DNA of 64,000 nucleotides from the NCBI GenBank assembly GCA_964556655.1, contig CAZKWY010000001.1, positions 7,528 to 71,527 of the forward strand, in the 5' to 3' direction. The position numbers and the translations under genes are program-made. Shown piece by piece: positions 8,239 through 17,347 of this stretch. The notes under the pieces were generated by a model. The model had not been told where the DNA came from and searched no databases. It saw nothing but the letters and a program-made list of their open reading frames with translations. The stretch comes from an uncultured Candidatus Saccharibacteria bacterium (GTDB lineage Bacteria; Patescibacteriota; Minisyncoccia; Portnoybacterales; UBA2143). How positions within the stretch are numbered: position 1 is the first letter of the stretch; every line of letters starts with the position of its first letter.

Positions 8239-9126
8239 ATGAAAGATTTAATAATTATAGGAGCGGGGCCAGCAGGAATATGCGCAGGAGTATATGCCGA
8301 AAGGTATAAAATGAATTTTTTAATAATGGGAGAAAAGCCGGGAGGAACAGTAAATGAAGCGCATAAAGTAGAAAACTATTTAGGTTTTGGCTCTATTAAT
8401 GGGAAAGACCTAGCCGAAAGGTTCGCTAGCCACATAAAATCAGACATTGTCAATGAAAGAGCGGAAAGAATCTGCTCTCAAAAAGATTTCTTTGAAATAC
8501 AAACTAACCGAAACAAATATAAAGCGAAATCATTAATTATCAGCTTAGGCATGAAGTCAAAAAAGCTAGACCTAGAAAATGAAGCTAAATTTCTCAACCA
8601 AAGCATTTTTTATTATCTTCCTTCAAAGGCAAGTATTTTCAACCAAAAAGAAGCGGCTGTTGTCGGAGGAGGCGATAGCGCTTTAGACGCCGTTCTTAAA
8701 ATTTCTCTAGAAGCTAAAAAAGTCTATCTTATTCATAGAAGGAACGAGTTTAGAGGGTCGCCTGATCTTTTAGAAAAAGCGGAGCAAAAAGAAAATGTCA
8801 CCATCCTGCGAGAAAGGCGGGCTAAATCAGCGCGAGGAGGGAAAAAATTAGAAAAAATTATTCTTGACAATGGAAAAGAAATTAAGATAGATCTTCTTTT
8901 TGTCCAGATAGGAGGAGTGCCTAATGTTTCCCTGTGCGCAAACCTTAGCCTTGAGATGAAAGGAAGCTTTATTAAAACAGACAAAACCCAGTCTACAAAC
9001 AGAGATGGAGTATTCGCCGCTGGAGATATCACTAACAACCCATTAAAACAGATTATCACCGCCGCGGCTGAAGGCGCCATCGCGGCAACCAGCGCCTATC
9101 GCTTTATTAAAGGGACAAATAATTGA
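8239..9126 (+). CDS. Thioredoxin-reductase-like FAD/NAD(P)-binding flavoprotein lacking the CxxC redox centre
   Basis: IIIGAGPAGICAGVYAERY (FAD GxGxxG), VVGGGDSALDAV (NADPH site) and FAAGDITNN motifs are present. Where TrxR carries CAT/VCDG the sequence reads YYLPSKASIF. Start is the ATG at 8239 with a GGAAAGGGA Shine-Dalgarno; the track's longer ORF begins inside the repeat. Confidence 0.7.
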   Translation: MKDLIIIGAGPAGICAGVYAERYKMNFLIMGEKPGGTVNEAHKVENYLGFGSINGKDLAERFASHIKSDIVNERAERICSQKDFFEIQTNRNKYKAKSLIISLGMKSKKLDLENEAKFLNQSIFYYLPSKASIFNQKEAAVVGGGDSALDAVLKISLEAKKVYLIHRRNEFRGSPDLLEKAEQKENVTILRERRAKSARGGKKLEKIILDNGKEIKIDLLFVQIGGVPNVSLCANLSLEMKGSFIKTDKTQSTNRDGVFAAGDITNNPLKQIITAAAEGAIAATSAYRFIKGTNN

Positions 9127-9180
9127 CAATCTCTCTGAAAACATGATAAGCTTTTAATAAGGTAAGAAAAGAGTTATTTT

Positions 9181-9207
9181 GTCCGCCCGAAAGCGGACTT
9201 TTGTTTT
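9181..9207 (+). terminator. Rho-independent terminator after the trxB-like gene
   Basis: GTCCGC-CCGAAA-GCGGAC followed by TTTTGTTTT. Confidence 0.6.
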
Positions 9208-9220
9208 AAAAGAAGCATTT

Positions 9221-9229
9221 TGTTATAAT
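9221..9229 (+). promoter_or_regulatory. Extended -10 promoter element (TGtTATAAT) upstream of nusA
   Basis: TGnTATAAT matches the extended -10 consensus and lies 43 nt upstream of the nusA ATG. Confidence 0.4.
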
Positions 9230-9271
9230 TTAAGATTCCTACTATTTTAAATAATTTCTCAAAATAAAATT

Positions 9272-10645
9272 ATGGAACAACAATCATTTGTCTCAGCCCT
9301 AGAACAAATTTGCGAGGAAAAAGGAATTTCCAAAGAAAAAGCCATAGAAACAGTGGAGCTAGCTTTAGCGGCGGCCTATAAAAAAGAATACGCGTGCAGA
9401 AATAAAAATATTCGAGTAAAACTAGACCCTAAAAGCGGCGAGATGAAAATTTATCAGATCAAGACAGTCGTTGACGAGTCAATGATTAAATCAGAAGAGG
9501 AAATTGCTCAAGAAAAAGAAGAAAAAGGGATAGATAGCGAGCCAGAAAATAAGCAAGAACAGGAAGACGACCTCCCAGAAGAAGAAAAAAAAGTAAGATT
9601 TAATCAAGAAAAGCATGTTATGGCAGACAAGATAAAAGAAGATGAAGACATTCCTAAGAAGAAAAAAGAGAAAGAATATCAAGTAGGAGAGGAGATAAAA
9701 ATCCCTCTTAAAATTACTCATGACTTCGGCCGCATTGCCGCCCAAACAGCCAAACAAGTTATTATCCAAAGGATAAGAGAGGCTGAAAGAGACGCAATTT
9801 TTGAAGAATATAAAGATAAAGAAGGTCAGATAGCCAGCGGCATTATCCAGCGGATAGAAGGCAATACCGTCTTTTTGGATATTGGCAAAGCCACGGGCGT
9901 CCTTTTTCCTGAAGAGCAAATCTCGCATGAAAGATACCGTCTCGGGCAAAGAATTAAAGTGTATCTTGCCGAAGTGCAAAAAGACTCGCGAGGTCCCACC
10001 ATTGCTCTTTCGCGATCTCATCCTCAAATGATCAGTCAGCTCTTTTATCTAGAAGTTCCAGAGATAGCAGCTGGATCAGTGGAGATCAAAGCTGTGGCGC
10101 GCGAAGCAGGCTCCCGTTCTAAAATAGCGGTCAGCTCAACAGAAGAGAAAATCGACCCCATTGGCTCAATGATCGGACAAAAAGGGACAAGAGTTCAAGC
10201 AGTCATTAACGAACTAAACGGAGAAAAAATAGATATTGTTGAGTGGTCAGAAAACCCTGTCCAATATATTACTAATGCTCTTTCTCCTGCCAAAGTAATT
10301 GACGTTAGAATGAAGAAAGAAAAGAAGGAAGCAGAGGTGGTTGTTCCAGAAGAACAACTCTCTCTAGCGATCGGGGTAAAAGGACAAAATGTTAGATTAG
10401 CCGCCAAGCTAACTGACTGGAAAATAGACATCAAGCCACAAGAAGAAAGTCCCAAAGAAAAGAAAGGGGAAAAGGGGAAAGAAGAGAAAAAAACAAAACT
10501 AAAAGGCAAAGAAGAAAAACCAGCTCAGACAGAAAAAAAAGAGAAAAAAACCTCCAAAAAGAAGGCAACAAAAAAAGAAACGGAGGGGGACAAGGAAGAA
10601 AAGCTAAAGAAAAAAAGTAAAAACATTGCGAAAAAAAATAAATAG
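9272..10645 (+). CDS. nusA: Transcription termination/antitermination factor NusA
   Basis: 457 aa. It has an N-terminal domain, an S1 region (GQIASGIIQRIEGNTVFLDIGKATGVLFPEEQ), tandem KH motifs (IGQKGTRVQAVINELNGEKIDIV, AIGVKGQNVRLAAKLTDWKIDIK) and a long K/E-rich low-complexity insert and tail. Confidence 0.85.
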   Translation: MEQQSFVSALEQICEEKGISKEKAIETVELALAAAYKKEYACRNKNIRVKLDPKSGEMKIYQIKTVVDESMIKSEEEIAQEKEEKGIDSEPENKQEQEDDLPEEEKKVRFNQEKHVMADKIKEDEDIPKKKKEKEYQVGEEIKIPLKITHDFGRIAAQTAKQVIIQRIREAERDAIFEEYKDKEGQIASGIIQRIEGNTVFLDIGKATGVLFPEEQISHERYRLGQRIKVYLAEVQKDSRGPTIALSRSHPQMISQLFYLEVPEIAAGSVEIKAVAREAGSRSKIAVSSTEEKIDPIGSMIGQKGTRVQAVINELNGEKIDIVEWSENPVQYITNALSPAKVIDVRMKKEKKEAEVVVPEEQLSLAIGVKGQNVRLAAKLTDWKIDIKPQEESPKEKKGEKGKEEKKTKLKGKEEKPAQTEKKEKKTSKKKATKKETEGDKEEKLKKKSKNIAKKNK

Positions 10646-10656
10646 AAAAAACAAAA

Positions 10657-10690
10657 AGAGGATGTCTTGCCAAGCATCCTCTTTTTGTTT
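10657..10690 (+). terminator. Rho-independent terminator after nusA
   Basis: AGAGGATG-(10 nt)-CATCCTCT followed by TTTTGTTT. Confidence 0.6.
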
Positions 10691-10928
10691 GACAAAACAG
10701 GCCATCTCCTGATAAAATTAAGCGGTCATTAAAAGACATTAATAAAAATAAATGGCAAATTTCCCTTTGTTTATCTATTTATTGATCTAAAAAATCTATG
10801 AGAAAAGACCAAGCAAAACACATATTTTTTCAGACAGGCCAGTTTCTGCCTAATTTAGCTTTTCTTTTTTTTAATGTAAACGCACGCATTCAAAAGATAA
10901 CCATAAAGGAATTTACCAAAAGAGAAAT

Positions 10929-12461
10929 ATGGACAATCAACTTATTCTTATTGGAATTTTTTTCGCTACTCTTATTTTCGGCTCAACCTTGGGCTATTAT
11001 ACCAGGCAAACTATCGCCAAGAAACAAGCTGGGACAATTGAGGCAAAACTAAACAAGCTTATTGGCCAAGCCAAAGAAGAAGCCAAAGAAACTGTTTCAC
11101 GAGCCAAAGAAAAAGCCAATACTATCCTAGAAGAAATCAAGGAGCAAGAAAGAGAAAGACAAAGCCAGCTGACCAGAATGGAAGAAAGATTGCTTAAAAA
11201 AGAACAATTTGTCGATCAAAAAGGCAATCAAATAGAAAAAGAACAGCACCGACTTAAGGCCAAAATTCAAAAAGTAAAACAAATTAAGGACGAACTTTCC
11301 CAGGCCAGGCAAGAACAAACAGAAAAACTTGAAAAAATAGCTAATCTCAATCAAGATCAAGCCAAAGAAGAACTGCTTAAACTAGCCGAAGAAGACCACC
11401 AGCAAGTATTGGTGGAAAAAATCAAGAAGCTAGAACAGGAGGGGCAGGAAGAGTTAAATAAAAAGGCTCAAAGAATTATTGCTCTGGCTATGCAACGCTA
11501 CGCTGCCTCCCAAGCCAGCGAAACCACTTCTACGGCCGTTGACCTTCCCAACGAAGAACTCAAAGGGAGAATCATCGGCAAAGAAGGAAGAAATATCAAA
11601 GCGCTGGAAAAGTTTACTGGGGTAGAAATATTAGTAGACGACACTCCGGGAGCAATCATTATTTCCGGATTCGACCCGGTTAGAAGGCAAACAGCTAAGA
11701 TGGCTCTAGAAAAACTAATGGGCGACGGGAGGATCCAGCCAGCGCGCATTGAAGAAGCGGTAGAAAAAGCCACTGAGGAAATAGGGCAAAAAATTATTGA
11801 GGCAGGAGAAGCAGCCGTCTATGATGTGGGCCTTGCCGGAATCAACCCCCAGCTGGTTAAAACACTAGGACGCCTGAGGTTCAGAACCAGCTACGGCCAA
11901 AATGTTCTGCTTCATTCTGTAGAAACCGCCCATTTAGCAGGCGCCATCGCCTCTGAGCTTGGCGTTGATATTAATATAGCCAAAAAAGCCGGCCTTTTCC
12001 ATGATATTGGCAAGGCCGTTGACCATGAAGTCCAAGGCTCTCATGTAGAAATTGGCAGAAGAATTCTTCAAAAATTCGAAGTGGACGAAAAAGTTATTGA
12101 AGCTATGCAGGCACATCACGAAGAATACCCTTTTGACAGCTTGGAGTCTATCATCGTCCAAGTGGCTGACGCCATTTCCGGCGCCCGACCAGGAGCCAGA
12201 AAAGACACTCTGGAAGCTTATCTCAAAAGGCTGGAAGAGCTGGAAAGCATTGCCAACGCCTTCCCCGGAGTAGAGAAAACATACGCTGTGCAGGCAGGAA
12301 GAGAAATAAGGATTTTTGTAAAACCGGAAGAAATAGACGACCTCAAAGCCCATAAAATGGCCAGAGAAATTGCCTCTCAGATTCAGCAAGATCTTAAATA
12401 CCCCGGAGAAATTAAAGTTAATGTTATCAGAGAAACAAGAGCGATAGAATATGCCAGATAA
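10929..12461 (+). CDS. rny: Ribonuclease Y
   Basis: 510 aa. It has an N-terminal TM helix, a coiled-coil region, a KH domain (GRIIGKEGRNIKALEKFTGVEI) and an HD domain (LLHSVETAHLAGAIASELG...GLFHDIGKAVDHE). Confidence 0.85.
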   Translation: MDNQLILIGIFFATLIFGSTLGYYTRQTIAKKQAGTIEAKLNKLIGQAKEEAKETVSRAKEKANTILEEIKEQERERQSQLTRMEERLLKKEQFVDQKGNQIEKEQHRLKAKIQKVKQIKDELSQARQEQTEKLEKIANLNQDQAKEELLKLAEEDHQQVLVEKIKKLEQEGQEELNKKAQRIIALAMQRYAASQASETTSTAVDLPNEELKGRIIGKEGRNIKALEKFTGVEILVDDTPGAIIISGFDPVRRQTAKMALEKLMGDGRIQPARIEEAVEKATEEIGQKIIEAGEAAVYDVGLAGINPQLVKTLGRLRFRTSYGQNVLLHSVETAHLAGAIASELGVDINIAKKAGLFHDIGKAVDHEVQGSHVEIGRRILQKFEVDEKVIEAMQAHHEEYPFDSLESIIVQVADAISGARPGARKDTLEAYLKRLEELESIANAFPGVEKTYAVQAGREIRIFVKPEEIDDLKAHKMAREIASQIQQDLKYPGEIKVNVIRETRAIEYAR

Positions 12462-12481
12462 TCTTTAAAGAGCTAAAAACT

Positions 12482-13270
12482 ATGAAAATAATATTTTTTG
12501 GAGATATTGTCGGTCGCCCTGGGCGAGAAGCAGTCAAAAAAATTATCCCCCAATTAAAAAAGGCCTACCAGCCTGATTTTATTATCGGCAATGGAGAAAA
12601 CGTGGCCCATGGCTCGGGCATCACTGAAGCAACCATGAAAGAGCTTTTAGAAGCGGGCCTTGATCTGATTACCTTAGGCGACCACGCTTTGCGCAAAAAG
12701 GAAGCTTTTCGCCTCCTAGAAGACAAAGAAGCAAAAATCATTAGACCAGCTAATTTTCCTCCGCAAGCGCCAGGCAGAGGATGTCAAGTTATCAAAGTAA
12801 GGACCAAAAAAATTATGGTGGTAAATCTAATCGGGCGCGTTTTTATGAAACAAGATTACGACTGTCCTTTTAGAAAAGCAAACGAAATTCTCCAAGAACA
12901 GGAAGAAAGCCTTGATGGCATTGTTGTTGACTGGCACGCTGAAGCTACCTCGGAAAAAGTATGCTTAGGATGGCACCTAGACGGCCGCGTATCAGCTGTC
13001 CTAGGCACTCATACCCATGTCCAAACCGCTGATGCAAGAATTCTTCCCCAAGGCACAGCATATCTCTCTGACGTCGGCATGACGGGAGTCAAAGATTCCA
13101 GCCTGGGGCTAAACAAAGAAGAAGCGATAAAAAGGTTTATTACCCAAGCGCCGTCCAACATAAGCATGGCCAGCGGGCCATCAGAAGCAAGCGCCGTCTT
13201 GGTAGAAATAGGCCAGGATAAAAAAGCTAAAAAAATAAAGCCCCTTCAAGAAGCAGCTGCCAACGATTAA
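12482..13270 (+). CDS. ymdB: YmdB-family 2',3'-cyclic-nucleotide phosphodiesterase (metallophosphoesterase)
   Basis: MKIIFFGDIVGRPGR, GNGENVAHGSGIT and GTHTHVQTADARIL are YmdB/TIGR00282 motifs. It sits directly downstream of rny, as in Bacillus. Confidence 0.75.
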   Translation: MKIIFFGDIVGRPGREAVKKIIPQLKKAYQPDFIIGNGENVAHGSGITEATMKELLEAGLDLITLGDHALRKKEAFRLLEDKEAKIIRPANFPPQAPGRGCQVIKVRTKKIMVVNLIGRVFMKQDYDCPFRKANEILQEQEESLDGIVVDWHAEATSEKVCLGWHLDGRVSAVLGTHTHVQTADARILPQGTAYLSDVGMTGVKDSSLGLNKEEAIKRFITQAPSNISMASGPSEASAVLVEIGQDKKAKKIKPLQEAAAND

Positions 13271-13477
13271 CAATTAGCTGTTGATTAATTTTGTTGACTA
13301 ATAATAAAATTTAGTAAAAAATAGCTTAATAGCTTGCTCTGGCACAAAAAAACCTGTTAAAATAAACTGTTGTTGGCAAAAACAGCATAAAGGTCGAAAA
13401 ACAAAAATAAGCTTGCGAAATCTGTCCAAAAGAATAACTGTTATTCAAGATAGGATTCGTAAGCCATTAACGACATT

Positions 13478-13747
13478 ATGACTAAAGATGATTTAATTGA
13501 AGCAGTGGCTAAAGTATGCGACTCAAAAAAACAAGCCACTGACGCAGTTAACGCCATAACTGACGCAATTGCCAAGGCTCTCTCTAAAGGAGAAAAAGTT
13601 AGTTTGCCAGGATTTGGCACTTTCAGTATTTCGAAGAGAGCGGCTCGCACCGGCGTCAACCCAAGGACAGGCGAAAAAATTAAGATCGCGGCAACAAAAG
13701 TTCCTAAGTTCAAAGCAGGCAAGTCTTTGAAAGACGCGGTCAAATAG
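13478..13747 (+). CDS. hup: HU-family DNA-binding protein
   Basis: 89 aa. MTKDDLIEAVA...GEKVSLPGFGTFSISKRAARTGVNPRTGEKIKIAATKVPKFKAGKSLKDAV is the canonical HU sequence. Confidence 0.9.
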   Translation: MTKDDLIEAVAKVCDSKKQATDAVNAITDAIAKALSKGEKVSLPGFGTFSISKRAARTGVNPRTGEKIKIAATKVPKFKAGKSLKDAVK

Positions 13748-13782
13748 ATAAACTTTTCAAGACATTGAAAGTCCAACGAAAA

Positions 13783-13808
13783 AAGGCGCTTTTTACGCGC
13801 CTTTTTTA
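13783..13808 (+). terminator. Rho-independent terminator after hup
   Basis: AAGGCGC-TTTTTAC-GCGCCTT followed by a T-run. Confidence 0.6.
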
Positions 13809-13843
13809 ATATGCCCTAGGATGCATTGGCTTAGGCAAAAATG

Positions 13844-13914
13844 AGCGGGTAGGGGGAGTCGAACCCCCGTCATCAGGTTGGAAACCTGAGGTAATACCGT
13901 TATACAATACCCGC
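13844..13914 (-). tRNA. tRNA-Gly (anticodon TCC)
   Basis: Manual cloverleaf on the reverse strand: acceptor GCGGGTA/TACCCGC, anticodon stem TCAGG/CCTGA with loop TTTCCAA, T-arm GGGGG-TTCGACT-CCCCC, discriminator U (typical of tRNA-Gly). Confidence 0.75.
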
Positions 13915-13931
13915 TTATATTAAGATTGCTG

Positions 13932-14004
13932 TCGGGGATACCAGACTCGAACTGGTAACCTCCTGCTCCCAAAGCAGGCGCGCTAGCCATTGCGCCAATC
14001 CCCG
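13932..14004 (-). tRNA. tRNA-Pro (anticodon TGG)
   Basis: Manual cloverleaf on the reverse strand: acceptor CGGGGAT/ATCCCCG, D-arm GCGC-AATGGCTA-GCGC, anticodon stem CCTGC/GCAGG with loop TTTGGGA, T-arm ACCAG-TTCGAGT-CTGGT, discriminator A. Confidence 0.8.
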
Positions 14005-14125
14005 TTTCTACACTAAATTAACCGGCTTTCTCTAGCCAGCTTTTTATCTTAATCCAGAAAAAGCACCAAGTCAATCATCCCCAGCCGCCACTAGAACAGT
14101 TTTCGCACTTATGATATAATATTGA

Positions 14126-15115
14126 TTGATTATGATAAAAGAAATTTGCGAAAATATTAATTTCTTCAAACAATGCCGCAAATATAATATCGGACTCTGG
14201 CAGTGTCCGACTTTCCTTTTTCTTATCACTGGAATAGTGACTATCTCTGCTATCATCACGACCTACTTTATTGGGACAAAATACGCTAACCCGGAAATAG
14301 TTGTTTTAATTGTCATTGGCATGTCAATTATTCTTCTAGTGGTTAGTTATCTCATTATTCATGGCTTCGAAAGACTGGCTGAGGCCAACCGCATGAAGTC
14401 AGAGTTCGTCAGCGTCGCCTCCCACCAGCTAAGAACTCCTCTCACTTCTGTAAAATGGGCCCTTAACATCATCGACCAACGAAAAGACAAACACCATCTT
14501 GATGGCCAAGAAATAAGCTTTCTAAAAGACGTGGAAAAAGGCAACCAGCGCATGATTGATCTAGTCAATGATCTCTTAAACGTTTCCCGCATTGAGCAGG
14601 GAAGATTGTTTTTTAATCCTAAAAAAACTTCTTTTGTTAAAATAGTTCAACAAAAAGTAGATGAATATCGACCCATCGCTAAAGCTAAAAACATTAAATT
14701 AACCTTAAAGATAGAAGACCTCCAAGAAATCCCTTTGCTTTTTGTTGATCCGCAAAGCATTAAATTGGCCGTTAATAATCTTATTGACAATGCCGTTAAA
14801 TATAGCCGTGAAAAAGGAGAGATATTGGTTCGGCTAGAAAAAGACAAAAAATGTTTGAGATTTTCCGTTAGAGACCACGGAGTGGGCATCCCAAAAACAG
14901 AGCAAAAAAAGATTTTTGATAAATTCTTCCGCAGCCAAAATATTTTAAAATACCAGACTGAAGGCACGGGATTGGGGCTTTTTATCGCCAAGGCAGCCGT
15001 GGAAAGCTACGGCGGAAAAATGAATTTTAAAAGCCAGGAAGGCAAAGGATCGCTTTTCTGGTTTGCCGTACCAATTAAACAGCCTAATAAAGAGGCCGTA
15101 ACCGAGATAGAATAA
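14126..15115 (+). CDS. Membrane-bound sensor histidine kinase
   Basis: Two TM segments precede HisKA (SEFVSVASHQLRTPLTSVKWAL) and HATPase_c (DNAVKYS, RDHGVGIP, GTGLGLFIAKAAVESYGGKM). Confidence 0.85.
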   Translation: MIMIKEICENINFFKQCRKYNIGLWQCPTFLFLITGIVTISAIITTYFIGTKYANPEIVVLIVIGMSIILLVVSYLIIHGFERLAEANRMKSEFVSVASHQLRTPLTSVKWALNIIDQRKDKHHLDGQEISFLKDVEKGNQRMIDLVNDLLNVSRIEQGRLFFNPKKTSFVKIVQQKVDEYRPIAKAKNIKLTLKIEDLQEIPLLFVDPQSIKLAVNNLIDNAVKYSREKGEILVRLEKDKKCLRFSVRDHGVGIPKTEQKKIFDKFFRSQNILKYQTEGTGLGLFIAKAAVESYGGKMNFKSQEGKGSLFWFAVPIKQPNKEAVTEIE

Positions 15116-15155
15116 TGGCTATCTCCGGAAATGTCTCTTTCTAGCGTTTTGCTAT

Positions 15156-15530
15156 ATGAAAACAATATTGTTTATTGAAGACGAACCAACTCTACAAAAA
15201 ACAGCTGGACGTTTTTTAGAGGAAGAAGGATACGAAATAAGAAGCGCCCTTGACGGAGAGGCCGGTCTTGCTCTAGCTAAAAAAATAAAGCCGGACTTGA
15301 TCCTGCTAGATTTAATCCTACCAAAAAAAGACGGCTTTGAGGTACTTGAAGAACTCAAGACAGACTCCTCTACCAAAGAAATTCCTGTTATTGTCTTAAC
15401 TAACCTCGAAGGTAGCCACGATGTAGAAAGAGCTCTTTCTTTGGGCGCGACTACCTATTTAGTCAAGGCTAATTACAAATTGAACGAAATTTCAAAAAAG
15501 ATTAAAAAAGCCTTTGAAAGCAAGAAGTAA
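15156..15530 (+). CDS. Single-domain response regulator (CheY-like receiver)
   Basis: 124 aa. ILFIEDEP, the phospho-acceptor context PDLILLDLILP, and TNLEGSHDVERALSLGATTYLVK are receiver-domain motifs. Confidence 0.85.
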   Translation: MKTILFIEDEPTLQKTAGRFLEEEGYEIRSALDGEAGLALAKKIKPDLILLDLILPKKDGFEVLEELKTDSSTKEIPVIVLTNLEGSHDVERALSLGATTYLVKANYKLNEISKKIKKAFESKK

Positions 15531-15568
15531 AAACGCCTTACTAAATGTTTTTATTGCCGCTTTAATAT

Positions 15569-17320
15569 ATGAAGGTGGATAATTCCCAATTAAAAGCTTT
15601 CATTCTTGACGCAGAGCTAGTTAAAAAAGAAGACCTGGAAAAAGCTGATCAGAAAGCAAAAAAAGAGAAAAAAAGCCTGGGAGATATCTTAGTCCAACAA
15701 AAACTCCTTACTCAAGAACAGCTTATTAAGCTCAAAGCCTATATCCTAGGCATTCCTTTTGTAAACTTGGAAGAAGCCAATATCGACCAAGATGTTTTAA
15801 GAATTATCCCAGAACCGATTGCCAGGCGTCATAACATCATCGCTTTTCGTAAAAACGGACGCGATCTAGAAGTGGCGATGCTTGACCCCAGAGACCTTCA
15901 GACGATTGAGTTTATCAAAAAGAAGTCAAGCTTAGAAATTCTTCCCCGCCTAACTACCCCGGAAAGCATTAAAAATATCCTCAAGCAGTATCAAAAAAGT
16001 CTAGAAGCGGAATTTGGCGAGCTTATTAAACAAGAGTCTGAAATGGTCTCTCTCCCTGAAGAAGCCACCGAAAAAGAAAGCAAAGAAGACCTGGAAAAAG
16101 CAGCCGAACAAATGCCAATTATTAAAATTGTTGATACTCTTTTAAAGCATGCTATTCTCCAGCAGGCCTCGGACATTCACATTGAGCCAACAGAGAAAGA
16201 AGTTGTCGTCAGATATCGCATTGACGGCATTCTGCGCGATGCTATGACTCTGCCCAAAAAAGTTCATTCCGGCATTGTCGCGCGCATCAAAGTCCTTTCC
16301 AATTTAAAATTAGATGAACACCGCCTTCCCCAAGACGGAAGGTTTAAAATAGAAACGCCTGATTATAAAATCTCTTTCCGCGTTTCCATTCTGCCTGTCT
16401 ACGACGGAGAAAAAATAGTTATGAGGCTGCTTTCTGAAGACAATAAAGGCCTCACCTTAGAAACTCTCGGCTTGGCCGGCAAAGCGCTGGAAAAAGTCCA
16501 CCAAAACATCGCCCGTCCCAATGGCATGATTCTAGCAACCGGCCCAACAGGATCCGGAAAGACAACCACCCTCTACACTATTTTAGATATTCTCAATCAG
16601 CCAGAGGTTAACATCTCCACTGTTGAAGACCCCATTGAATACCGTATGCCACGCATCAATCAGACTCAAGTAAGACCGAAAATAGGGTTGACTTTTGCTA
16701 ATGGCCTGCGCGCTCTTGTCAGGCAAGACCCCGACATCATTATGGTAGGCGAGATTAGAGACAACGAAACAGCTGGCTTAGCTGTCAATGCCGCTTTAAC
16801 CGGTCATTTAGTTTTATCTACCCTCCATACCAACAGCGCTTCCGGCGCTTTTCCACGATTAATCGACATGAAAGCGGAGCCGTTTCTCATCACCTCTACT
16901 GTTAACGTGATCATCGCCCAAAGGCTGGTCAGAAAGCTTTGCTCAGAAACCAGAAAGGCTTATCATTTAAGCGAAAAAGACTTAAAGAATTTTTCTGAAC
17001 AAGTTGACTTAGAAAAACTATTAACTACTATGAAAAACGAAAAAATTGTCGGTCCCAAGGACACTTGGGAAACAATTAATTTTTTCCGGCCTCAAAAATC
17101 CGAAGACTGTCCTGACGGATACAAAGGACGCTTGGGTATTTATGAAGTGCTAGAAATAAGCGAAAAGATAAGAGAAATGATCGTTAAAGAAGCTAATACC
17201 GACCAGATAGAAAAGCAAGCGAAAGAAGATGGCATGCTCACTCTTATTGAAGACGGCATCATTAAAGCCGCCCAAGGGCTAACCAGCATTGAAGAAGTCC
17301 TGCGCGCTACCCAGGAATAA
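15569..17320 (+). CDS. pilB: Type IV pilus assembly ATPase PilB (GspE family)
   Basis: 583 aa. It has an N-terminal GspII_E_N-like domain, Walker A GPTGSGKTTTLY, aspartate and histidine boxes (DPIEYRMPRINQTQV, STLHTNSA), and Walker B in PDIIMVGEIRD. Confidence 0.9.
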   Translation: MKVDNSQLKAFILDAELVKKEDLEKADQKAKKEKKSLGDILVQQKLLTQEQLIKLKAYILGIPFVNLEEANIDQDVLRIIPEPIARRHNIIAFRKNGRDLEVAMLDPRDLQTIEFIKKKSSLEILPRLTTPESIKNILKQYQKSLEAEFGELIKQESEMVSLPEEATEKESKEDLEKAAEQMPIIKIVDTLLKHAILQQASDIHIEPTEKEVVVRYRIDGILRDAMTLPKKVHSGIVARIKVLSNLKLDEHRLPQDGRFKIETPDYKISFRVSILPVYDGEKIVMRLLSEDNKGLTLETLGLAGKALEKVHQNIARPNGMILATGPTGSGKTTTLYTILDILNQPEVNISTVEDPIEYRMPRINQTQVRPKIGLTFANGLRALVRQDPDIIMVGEIRDNETAGLAVNAALTGHLVLSTLHTNSASGAFPRLIDMKAEPFLITSTVNVIIAQRLVRKLCSETRKAYHLSEKDLKNFSEQVDLEKLLTTMKNEKIVGPKDTWETINFFRPQKSEDCPDGYKGRLGIYEVLEISEKIREMIVKEANTDQIEKQAKEDGMLTLIEDGIIKAAQGLTSIEEVLRATQE

Positions 17321-17347
17321 GCCCAACACAGGCGCATTTTTTAAACT

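Noticed and set aside
13441-13776. Antisense ORFs such as 13441-13776, and many others in the track lying opposite well-supported genes (for example 9491-10027, 11127-11360, 29413-30006, 53032-53321)
   Set aside because: They lie entirely within and antisense to conserved genes (hup, nusA, rny, VirB6-like, yebC), have low-complexity translations and no start context. I treat them as non-coding shadows.
17101-17116. Additional copies of the palindromic element (GACTGTCCTGA 11-mers inside pilB and, at 60864-60876, inside the oxidoreductase gene)
   Set aside because: Each is only a half-site with no inverted partner. They may be chance matches or ancient remnants, and there is not enough signal to call them repeat copies.
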